From assembly GCA_043228905.1 (NCBI GenBank), contig JBHGNT010000008.1:3782001-3846000 (forward strand): 64,000 nt of DNA, read 5' to 3'. Below, piece after piece: positions 22,252 to 33,353 of this stretch. This stretch comes from Azolla caroliniana (lineage: Eukaryota; Plantae; Polypodiophyta). Position 1 is the first letter of the stretch, and each line of letters opens with the position of its first letter. The translations under genes were made by a program, and so were the position numbers. The notes beneath the pieces were generated by a model. It was not told the origin of the DNA. It ran no database searches and saw nothing but the letters and a program-made list of their open reading frames with translations.

Positions 22252-24295
22252 ATGGACAGACCCAAATCTTTTGTGGACATGGAAGCTCTATTGTTTCGCC
22301 CCGCCAAGCCTGGCCCCAGTGGCCTTCCGAAGACTAAGATTGTGTGTACACTCGGGCCGAAATCGCGCGATGTGGGCATCATCGAGCGCCTCCTCCGTGC
22401 CGGGATGAGCATTGCCAGGTTCAATTTCTCGCATGGATCCCATGAATACCACCAGGAAACCCTCGACAACCTACGAATTGCACAGCACAACACCCAGATC
22501 ATGTGCGCAGTCATGCTTGACACCAAGGTACATACACGATCTCATACTATGACTTAACTGGAATTCTTTTCTCTTTTTCTCTTGGCGCTGTTTGTTTGTG
22601 TGTGTGTGACATTAAGACAATCAATATATGCCTTATATTTCTTCCATGACATTGGAGGGTACAGCTTTGCCCACTATTTTATTGTCTTTAGTTAGTGGTT
22701 GTATACATTTTGGGGGGCTTTCATTGTGCACTTTGAGGTTTCCCACAGGTGATATGAGGTCTTACTAGGCAAAAGTTTTGTTTGTAAATGAAAGTGTTTA
22801 GAACATTCATTAGATTACGCGTTAATGATGAGTTAACTTGTGTTTCTCCTTTTCATTAGAACATTCATTAGATTGTGTGTTAATGATGAGTTAACTTGTG
22901 TTTCTCCGTTTCAGGGTCCTGAAATACGAACTGGTTTTCTTACTGATGGCAAGCCAGTCCAGCTTGTTGAGGGGCAAGAATTGACCATAAGCACCGATTA
23001 CAGCATCAAAGGAGATGCAAAGACGATTTCGATGAGCTATAAGAAGCTAGCACATGACGTGCATCCGGGAAGCATGATTCTATGCTCTGATGGAACAATC
23101 ACCCTCACCGTGTTGTCTTGTGACACGGAAGAAGGGACAGTGAAAGTGAGATGTGAGAATACGGCGATGCTTGGAGAGAGGAAGAATGTGAATTTGCCCG
23201 GAGTGGTGGTGGATCTTCCTACTCTAACAGAAAAGGACAAAGAGGATATCATGCAATGGGGTGTCCCAAATAAGATTGATCTGATTGCCCTTTCTTTTGT
23301 TCGCAAAGGTCAAGATCTTGTGTTGGTGAGGGAATTGCTTGGAAAACATGCAAGAACCATCAAGCTAATGTCGAAGGTGTGTACTCATACATCCCAAGTA
23401 TTCCTAATCCATACTTAAATGCATACACATGTACACATTCCTATAATGCCCTTATGCTCACTTTTTATTTGTTTTTCTCCAGATAGAAAACCAGGAAGGT
23501 CTTGTTAATTTTGATCATATACTTCAGGAGTCTGATGCAATAATGGTAGCTAGGGGTGATCTAGGGATGGAAATCCCGGTCGAGAAAATATTTCTGGCAC
23601 AAAAGATGATGATCTACAAGTGCAACGGAGCTGGAAAACCTATCGTCACAGCAACTCAAATGCTCGAATCAATGATAAAATCACCCCGCCCAACTCGTGC
23701 AGAAGCCACAGATGTTGCAAATGCGGTGCTCGACGGGACAGATGCAGTAATGCTTAGTGGAGAAAGTGCTGCTGGCTCTTATCCTGAGCTTGCAGTTAAA
23801 ACCATGGCACAAATATGTCTAGAAGTAGAATCATCGCTTGATCATAATGCAATTTTTAAAGAGATTATGAGATCAGCCCCCCTTCCAATGAGTCCACTAG
23901 AAAGTATCGCATCATCAGCTGTGAGAACCGCATCTGATGTGAAAGCATCACTCATTGTTGTGCTAACTAGAGGTGGCACAACAGCGAAGCTTGTTGCGAA
24001 GTATAGACCATCAGTGCCGATACTGTTGGTGGCTGTGCCAGTGCTAGTCTCTGATGGTCTCTCATGGGTGTGTAGTGAGGAGTCTCCGGCTCGGCATTGT
24101 CTCATGTATAGAGGTATGATTCCAATCCTTGCCGAAGGGTCGGCGAGAGCTAGTGATTCAGAGTCTACTGACATTATCTTGAGCTCCTCGCTTATGGTAG
24201 CCATTAATAAGAATCTTTGCAAACCTGGTGATGCAATTGTGGCCATTCATCGAGTTGGACCATCTAGTGTCATCAAGATCATGGAAGTCAAATAG
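22252..24295 (+). CDS. PK: Pyruvate kinase, cytosolic type, 516 aa, 3 exons
   Basis: Exons 22252-22527, 22915-23376 and 23483-24295 have GT..AG phase-0 introns. Motifs include KTKIVCTLGP, ARFNFSHG, LDTKGPEIRTG, KNVNLPG, SFVRK, MSKIENQEG, MVARGDLGMEIP, ATQMLESM..PRPTRAEATDVANAVLDGTDAVMLSGE. There is no transit peptide. Confidence 0.96.
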
Positions 24296-24565
24296 GTTAA
24301 CCATCATTTCATAATTGCATGCCTATAACCATTTTCATACCTTTTGCACCAATAATTATTTATACCTATGAAAGGAAGCTAAACACTTTTTATGTAGAGA
24401 GCATATGCTCTTCTAAGTTTTGTGATAATAAAGGTGCACCTTTTTGTTCTCTTCCGGAAATCTTAGAAATGATTGATATAAGATACACTAAAATCATGGC
24501 ATTGTCTTTTGATAAGAGTTTTAATTTTTGAAGTGGGGTTCTTGGAGTGTAAGTGTAAAGTGATC

Positions 24566-24820
24566 TAACTGCTCATAATTTCATATGTTCAGTAAAGATT
24601 CAACAATTCTAAATGGTGAAGAGTCTATGAAACCTTTGTTTGGGTTGAAAAGGTTGAGTATATTTTCCAAATATACTCATTGCTGAGATATAGTGAACTG
24701 AGTAACTGCTCATAATTTCATATGCTTAGTAAAGTTTCAATAATTCTCACTTGTAATGTCTCTATGATACCTTTGTTCGAATTGAAAAGGTAGGACTACT
24801 TTCCAAACATACTCATTGCC
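24566..24820. repeat. Diverged direct duplication (period ~137 bp) downstream of PK
   Basis: TAACTGCTCATAATTTCATATG..CAAA(T/C)ATACTCATTGC occurs at ~24566-24683 and ~24703-24819. Confidence 0.75.
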
Positions 24821-26835
24821 CATTATCTCTCATCATCAATTATTATATTGAAAAGGTGTCCTTACATCCAAAATGGAGGAATTGTGGAAACTTAGTCAAA
24901 TTTTCAGAGGTGTCGTGCTTTTAAATGGGAAGTCATGTGGCAGTGATATTTCTAAATTATTCAGGGAGAATAATTGTCTAAAGACATGTGCTGGCTATAA
25001 AGCCTCACATATGGTGACATGATCCATGGAGAACGTGTCTATTTTTATTTATCTTTAACCCCTATTAAATGTCTCATCAATCTCAATCTAGATATCAAAA
25101 TTTTGACATCTGGGATGCTTGCTTGCACTTCAAGAAGGTTCGAGATGTCTGGGGCTTGTCGAAAAAACTTGTTTCTTATGTGGAACTTTTGAAAATTACT
25201 CTAATTGTTGGCTCATCTGTATTTAAAAAAAAATGCAAATTGAAAAAACATTACCTTGATTTGGCCATCTCATGTCTGTGACCGCTCAAATGGTGAGATT
25301 TGAACCCCTTAGATAAATATCTATAATCTATCTGATACAATTTTATTTGAACCTTCAATATGTTGCAGATATGGTCACACTTCTAGTTCATGACAGAGGC
25401 AACAGTACATGTACAGATAGCAACTCTTCATTCTAATTTGAACCTTATGAAGAGGAAAATCATTCCATATTGTTAACTTTCTGCAACATTTAAACAAATT
25501 TTCATCTAGGTAAGAAAGAGTATGTGTTAAAGATTGGATGTTCTAGAGTTGGCCTTCCTTGTAAGAGAAACCTTATAAACATCCAAACATCCTACATGCC
25601 ATCTGCAACTCCTTGGTTTTCACTCATCTAAAACAAAAACTGCATATTATGTGTTCTAATGAATGCATACTTGAAAATATGTACAACTTCATTATGTCTG
25701 CATTAAAAGCTTAACAAGCAATCAAGAATTTGCTTTCTAATAGAACCCAATCAAAGTCTTGTCATATTTTTAAAATACTATCAATGAGTGCAACAAGAAT
25801 GCTGTTCCATGTGCCTTGGGTGTGATACAAAGTTTGCAAGAACTGCATGTTATTGAGCTCAATAACAAGGACAAGATTAATAATTATTCAGACCTTCATT
25901 AAATGTCAGGTTGAGATAACGTTGAATAGTTCTGAAACTCTGTTCAGATACCCCCATTCAATATACACTATTCAAATTAACAATTGGTTCTTGAAACCTT
26001 TTTCTTGGATTACCTTCTAATCAAAGGTGGTGTATTCCTAGACACCTAAGTTTTAAACAAAGCTCAAATATTTTGCATGACCTTCAACTATTATTAATAC
26101 AAAGCAATGGCAATGCTTTTTCTGTGGCCACTAAACTCATGCTCATGGAAAACTAGCGCCATCATATAGTTTGTCACCAGAAATTATGAATCATTTCCTC
26201 TCATTCTTTTGCAGACCACCAACATCCTTGGTTGTCTTTATTGGCCTTTTCTTACGCAAAAAAGACCCAAGTTCCTAGATCATGGGTCTTTTCTGACAGG
26301 CAACCCCATGTATTTTTACATGCAAAATAGTAGCAAAAGCCCAGTTTAGGGATCTTAGTAACATATTCAGGAAATCATTCTGATAGCAAAAGACTTTAGA
26401 TATGCTGAAGGAAAGCTTATCATCCGTACTTTCCTTTCTGCTCTTCCATGTCTACAAGTACAACAAATGTTTTAGACAGGCTCTGGCGCATCATCATTAA
26501 TGATTACACACAAATACTAAACATTAAGATCATACATCACAAAGTGATGTGTAAGTTGTATGATGGAAATGAGGGACAGATTAAATCCATCTTAGATTTC
26601 CCTGTTAATATATATCTCATGAATATTCAGTTGAGCCCAAGACCCTCATGGGGTTTCAGAAGGTTTCCTTTCATACACATGGTGAATCGAACTGGCAAAT
26701 CTGGAAGATATCTATCACTTTGACCTTTTATTCTGAACATTAAGCTTACCTTTGGCAAGAGGTTGATGGCAAGAGCCATTTAATCATCTTCAGAATGTAA
26801 ATAAAATAAAGCCAAGAACAAAGCCTCCTCAAAAT

Positions 26836-28960
26836 TCAAAGGCTTTCAGTAGATTCATTATCGCTGGGACAAGGGGAAGGAACTCTCAAGTCACTGGAAG
26901 GCAATGCTGTCGGTTCTACTTGAAAATATCGATGCTCCAAAGCATCCATTGCACTTAAGCGAGACGCTGGATCATAACTAATGAATCTACTCAACAGGTC
27001 ATGTGCTTCCTCCGACCCATCTTTAATCTGCTTTTGCAAAGAAACACAATCCCTATCCTCAATGGCGAATGAGATTTTTCCATAGTCAGGAAGGTTTGAC
27101 ACACCTGGCCAACGCTCTTCATTAGGGTTTCCTAAAACCCTTACAATCCTACTAAGCTGATCAATATCAGAGCAACCCGGAAATATGGGTTCACCCAGCA
27201 TCATTTCAGCGAAGATGCATCCCATTGCCCATATGTCCACTCCTGTGCCATAGTTAGTGGCACCATAAAGAAGCTCAGGAGCTCGGTACCATCTTGTCCC
27301 AACGCAACCCGTAAATTCCGAGCCGATATCCTCCTTGTAGAACCCTGCTTCACTTTCAAGAAAGTCAGTGCTCCTTTCTGATAGCCTCTCTACCATGGGA
27401 CATAAGCTATGGTTGTCATCACCATATGAAGCTTCATCTGGGTGGCCATAAAAGCTGCTATCCCAGTACCTCTGCTCTGGAGCTGAGTCTACCCAAGTAT
27501 CAACGTCTTGATGCCTATATGTACCCTCATCCACTCCATCATCATAATATTGCATAGATGTAGAAATTCTTCTGTCATAGGATGCCATATGAATTGCTGT
27601 TTCTTCTTCTTCTCGAGCTTCTATGCTGAATTTCCCCTTGAGCATTCTATTCCTCTCCATTTCGATTGTCTCATCACTGGTAAATCTCTTGTCCTCGTCA
27701 CACTCAGACATAGGCTTGGAGATCTGATTATCATTACCAAGCTCTGTAGGGAGCGATTTTCCCTGATCTGGACCAGAGCACAAAAGCAATCATTCCATGT
27801 GAACCATTATCACACAAACAGAGCCACCAGGTAAAAATATAAGCAACCTTGCAGACTCACTAAGTAACAATGATGTTTGAACAGATTTATGTCCTCTGAG
27901 TTCCTAAAAGAGAAACATTTGGCTAATCTTTCAGCTTTTGAAGACAAATTTCTTATTTTTGACAAACTGCGCTAGTAAAATTCTTAGATCTTTCTAAAGT
28001 TCTAGGACAAATCACTGAAAATATCAACAAAAGGTCTCAAAAACCTTCCAAAATATTAGACACTCTTAGGAGCATAACACAACTTCAATGACAAACATTA
28101 CCTCCATTTAAAGGCAATTGTGATAGATGAAGATCTTCTCCTATTGCATCGCCCCCTCCAAGTGCTTCTTTATGGAACTCAGCTACAACAGATGCAACTC
28201 TTCTCCTCTCATCATTCTCTCCTTCTAGAACAAGCTCATCATAAGCAACCACCGAAGCCGGTGGTGGCGGATACTCTTCATCCTCATCAGGGGGAAAAAG
28301 GGATCCAATGATGCGCGCTTGTCCAAAATCAGCAACTTTAAGGACCCCTGTTTCTGAGATTAACATGTTGAAAGGCTTCAGGTCACGATGGAGAACACCG
28401 GCCGAGTGGCAAGACGCAATGCCATCAAGGATCTGAACCATCCAACCTTTTGTTTCAGCCTCGGGGTCGGGGTCGGGGTCAGGACCAGTTGCAGATGTGG
28501 CAGGTGGTGTCAACAATGAAGCGGCAAGAGAAGACAATGATGTAGCAGCTATGGAAGACGATGTGGAAGGCGCGGATGCTGCCATTGATGTTGCAGGTGT
28601 TGACAATTGTGCAGCTGAGGCAGACACTGATGCGGCGATCTCCTGTTTCCGCTTCCTAAGGTAGCGTATGACGGCCGAGAGGTCAGAGGGGAGGTATTCG
28701 AGGACGAGGACGGCCGTGCACTCATCGAGCCAGAGATGATCAATCAGCTGAATGACATGGGCATGCCCCTGGAGCCGCAGAAGGGCGTCGATCTCTCGGC
28801 ACGCGCTCTGGTAATCGTGCACCTCCTTGAGAGCCACCTGCAACTCGTCCTGCTTCCGGACCGCCCTATACACGTCGGCATAAGACCCAGAGCCGATGTG
28901 GCCCACGATTCTGTACTGCGATGATACCTGGGCGTTGTCATGGATGCTCCATCCCCCCAT
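26836..28960 (-). CDS. CDKF;1: Cyclin-dependent kinase F (CDK-activating kinase, CDKF;1/CAK1At-like), ~596 aa, 2 coding exons
   Basis: Exon 1 spans 28960-28102 (donor GTAATG) and exon 2 spans 27767-26836 (acceptor CCAG), joined in phase 1. Diagnostic CDKF motifs: [46 protein letters not shown], a long acidic insert, then [26 protein letters not shown] and LPDYGKISF. Confidence 0.93.
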
Positions 28961-28962
28961 AG

Positions 28963-28963
<1 letters not shown>

Positions 28964-29049
<86 letters not shown>

Positions 29050-29210
29050 GCCTCTGCCTCTGTCTACTCTGCCTCTCTCTGTTCTTTTACATCTTCTCTA
29101 ACTTCTTCTTCTCTTACGTCTTCTTCTTCTTCTTCTTCTTCTGATGCTGTTGCTGCCAAGCAGCAATTAGGGGTCCATGGCTTTTACTTAAATTGAAGAA
29201 GAATTCAGGA

Positions 29211-29241
<31 letters not shown>

Positions 29242-29510
29242 TGTATGTATGTATGATGTATGTATGATGTATGATGTATGTATGTATGTATGTATGTAGG
29301 TATGTATGTATGCATGCAATTAGGGGTCCATGGCTTTTACTTAAATTGAAGAAGAATTCAGGAATATGTATGCATGTATGTATGTATGTATGTATGTATG
29401 ATGTATGTATGTATGTATGTATGATGTATGTATGATGTATGTATGTATGCATGTATGTATGTATGTATGTATGATGTATGTATGTATGTATGTATGTATG
29501 TATGTATGTA
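28964..29510. repeat. (CT)n/(CA)n/(CTT)n and long (TATG)n microsatellites with an embedded ~55-bp duplicated unique segment, directly upstream of CDKF
   Basis: GCAATTAGGGGTCCATGGCTTTTACTTAAATTGAAGAAGAATTCAGGAATATGTATG occurs at ~29163 and ~29316, each followed by (TATG)n. Confidence 0.92.
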
Positions 29511-29999
29511 TGGTAAATCAAAGTGAAGAGGTTTCATGTCCTTTCCTTGTCCTGTCATCTCCTACCCAAGCCCACTATCTCTATCAAAACTGGCCCGACC
29601 CCAAGATCCGACACCCGCTATAACGAGATTTCTCTGACAACCCTGATTGAAAGTAATCTTCGTTGCTTGGAGTGTCGGACACGCACTCTTCGGAGCTCGA
29701 CAACATCTTCTTCTTCTTGTCCTAGGCCCCTGAGGACCCCTGAGAAGGATGACGTCTGATCACCCACTCCTTGAAAATCAACCTAGTTCCCACGTGCAAA
29801 ATACAATCACCCATTGATGTTGTGCCTCTTGATGCAACTCTCCAAGTACCCTGACCAACGCAATGTCTCTCCCCTTACCACGACACTTGACGCACGAGGG
29901 ATGCCCATGACTCAATAATTAGGTTTTTTGGTTAGTTCATGCACACTTAATTAATGCCCCATAGGTGGGTATCAAGTGTTGGGACATCTGAAGCGCTAT

Positions 30000-31100
30000 T
30001 GTAAACTAACTATTATGTAAACGACAACCTATAAATGTAACGGGATCTAGTATAATTTCCAATTAACTAATTGTGTGATATCATAAACATATGACAAATG
30101 TCATGATCCACCTCATTAAGGATGATGATCTCAAGGAATAAGATAATTTAGTTGACAATGAAGAAAGGCTCTAAAGGGCCAAGTGAACATTGAACAATAT
30201 CACCCTGAATACAACCTCATAAAGTGGATGATGTATGCAAAATATCACCTTCTCCCCCACATCTATAAACGCATGGTGAATCACCCAAATTTGAGGAAGA
30301 GAAAAAGTTGTAAGAGAAATAGCATAAGGTGTATATAAGCTTAACGGCAACAAATTTTATACAATGTCTTTTATGCAACCTTGTTATGTCAACTCTTCCT
30401 CTCTCTATTAACTCTTGTGAAATTTAACACCCCTATCAAATTTTTTCTATGGTCAAGTATATTGTGTCTTGGATTGTTAAAGGGATAGAGAGAGGAAGTC
30501 CTCTAATGGCTAGCATGTTGCCTTATTGTCCATCTAACTACATTTGACTACCTTTCTGACCACCTGCCTAAGAGGCCAAGTCTTGAGAAGACATGATAAA
30601 CCATGTCATCAACCTCTATAACTCAAAGTCAAGCCACCTAACTTTGCTCATATCCAATGGTAATCGGCACTCACTATAATGACACTTAGCTTGGTAGTCG
30701 ACTTAGAGTAGAAAACCATCCCAACGACTTTGTTATCCACAACCAACAGTGAACACCATCACCTCATCATATTGTGGCGTGGCTATGATTATCATTGGGA
30801 TAATACGCGAGCTTTTAAGAACTCTCATCTATGCTATTGTGTTGAGGGTATATGGGGGATACTCTTCCAATGTGTGACCACGAACTCGACCGAGAGGTGG
30901 GCGTCTACCTCGTGTAAATAATTGGGAACTTGATCACTCATTGATTTCAAGGGGAGATTGAAATGTACTATAACATTTTCTTGAGGGATTATGTTTTAGC
31001 TCTCCCATCACTTGCTATGCATGCATTGTCCTTGTCCCACTTCGTGCAATGATATGTTTTAATAACAACATATAATTTCTAGTTGGACGTAGGGCTAATA
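30000..31100 (+). mobile_element. Very degenerate copia-like RT/RNaseH relic
   Basis: Weak RT-like remnants near 30200-30280 and a copia-style PPT/LTR edge AAGGGGAGATTG at ~30949-30960. No intact ORF. Confidence 0.3.
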
Positions 31101-31279
31101 AGCCCAATAAACTCTCTCTCAATTTCTCAAATGGTTGCCAAGACACAACTAGTTGAAGGGGATTGTGGTCAACTATTGTCAAAGTGAACGTGCGGAAGCG
31201 TTTGACAAACCGGCTCAGCCGGATAGCAGCAGAAGATGAAAGGAGAACTCAACACACACATAGAGAGTACGTGTACGCA

Positions 31280-31326
<47 letters not shown>

Positions 31327-32877
31327 ATAAACTCAATTCAAAATAATACTCTCAATATTATGTGTACATAGAATGTGCTCAGAGAGCACTTTTATACAAG
31401 TCCATAAAGGACTGACAGAAGTACTGACAGGTACTTCAATGCTCACATGAGCGACTATCACTAACTCCCAAAAATATGCCCACGTACTAGGTTGGATCCG
31501 TAGGCCTCTAATGGCCTACCGGTTTCAATCCGATCCGGCTCTCTGATCCGGATCCGGTTGAGTTTGCTCGCTCAACACTCCTCCTCAAGCTCAACTTGAG
31601 GTTGGACCGTGGTGTTAGTGTCTACAGTAGCCGGTCCTTTCCTTCGGCTCCTTTTGACATCCTCTCGCCTTGCTCGAGCTCCTCATCTGGTCCGATTCCG
31701 CTTCCCGCGACCCGTCCTGTATTGCGGACCTCGACCTTCTTGGTCGGCTTTCTACTCAACAAGTCCATTTCAACTCCTTCATTGTTATGTCTCTGTCACT
31801 TGTCGATCCATCGGTTCCTTCGTGTCGGTGTCGAATTCCACTGCCTTCTCGTTCGGTTGGCCTTTAGTTGATCCGGCTTCTCTGAATCTTGAACTGAATC
31901 GGTTTCCTCCGATTCGTTCCAGCTCTTGTCCGAATCGGTCGCTCCCGATTCGTTCTAGCTCTTGTCCGAGTCGGTGTTCTCCAACTCGTCTTCCAGTCTC
32001 AGGCCCTTCACCACATCAGACCATGTTCGGGTCTTGGCCTTCTCCTTCTGGTCGGCTCTGTCCTTCTTGACTCTGCCGCCACCGTCGCTTGCTCCGACTT
32101 GTTCGGATGTGCCGACTCCTTCGGTCAGTTTGGCTTCCTTTATCTACTCATCTCTCCCTTTGGTTCTTTCTTCCTCTCTGGTTCCTTGTCCGGTGCCATT
32201 CGTCCTCATTCCTATTCTCCCCCTCAAGTGCAGCACATCGAGATGTTGAATACCGAGCATCTCCGAAAAATGTTGCAACTTGTTTGATCCGAGCGGCTTG
32301 GTGAAGATGTCGGCAACCTGCCGACCCGTGTGAACATACCAAAGTTCAACTTCACCACCTAGGACCCGCTCATGAACAAAGTGATAATGCACTTCTATGT
32401 GCTTTGTTCGAGCATGGAACATTGGGTTCTTGGCAAGCTGTATGCTGCTCATGTTGTCACTGTGGATCCGGATCGGGGTCGGCACCTCGATTCGGAGGTC
32501 ATGTAGCAGTCACCGAAGTTAGATGGCTTCACAGGTGGCAATGGTAGCGCCCCAGTACTCAGCCTCAGTGCTCGACAGAGCCACTGTTGGTTGCTTTTTG
32601 CTGCTCCATGCAACAGTCGTGCTACCAAGAGAAAACATGTAACTGGAGGTGAATCGGCAATCCGATGCATCACCAACCCAGTCGGCATCGGTATATTCGA
32701 CTAGCTTCCCAGCTATACCGTGTCGGTATAACAATCTCCGGTCCTTCATGCCGCTAACATACCGGAGTATCCAGTGTGCGCACTGAAGGTGCTTGATGGT
32801 CGGCTTCTGCATGAACTAGCTGATCACTTTGACTGGGTAATTGATGTTGGGACGGGTGATTGTTAAGTAGATGAGGC

Positions 32878-33353
32878 TTCTGACAATTTGTCGAAACCGT
32901 TTCTCATCGCAGGCCGGTCCGGAGTCAGGATGTAGCTTTTGGTTCCAGTCCAAGGGTGTAGAGATCAGTCGGCATTCTGTCATGCCAAACTTGTACAACA
33001 TATTCAACACATAATGGCGTTGTGAGAGCAATATGCCGTCGGGGGTTCGAATCACCTCGATCCCAAGAAAATAATGAAGGTCCCCCAGGTCCTTCATTTC
33101 AAATGCGTTTGATGGTCCTTCTGACAATTTGTTGGAACCATTTCTCATCGCAGGTCGGTCCAGAGTCAGGACGTAGCTTTTGGTTCCAGTCCAAGGGTGT
33201 AGAGATCAGTCGGCATTCCGTCATACCAAACTTGTACAACATATTCAACACATAATGGCATTGTGAGAGCAATATGCCGTTGGGGGTTCGGATCACCTCG
33301 ATCCCAAGAAAATAATGAAGGTCCCCCAGGTCCTTCATTTCAAATGCGTTCGA
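32878..33353. repeat. Tandem duplication (period 241 bp) inside the RT of copia A
   Basis: The block FEMKDLGDLHYFLGIEVIRTP..CDEK appears twice (ORFs 32816-33148 and 33099-33506), with a short filler TGGTCC at the junction. Confidence 0.9.

Noticed and set aside
29114-29623. HTYI/MYVC-repeat ORFs (also 4475-5033, 6160-6871, 21807-22526, 28744-29144, 61513-61743)
   Set aside because: They are translations of microsatellites or antisense frames of real genes.
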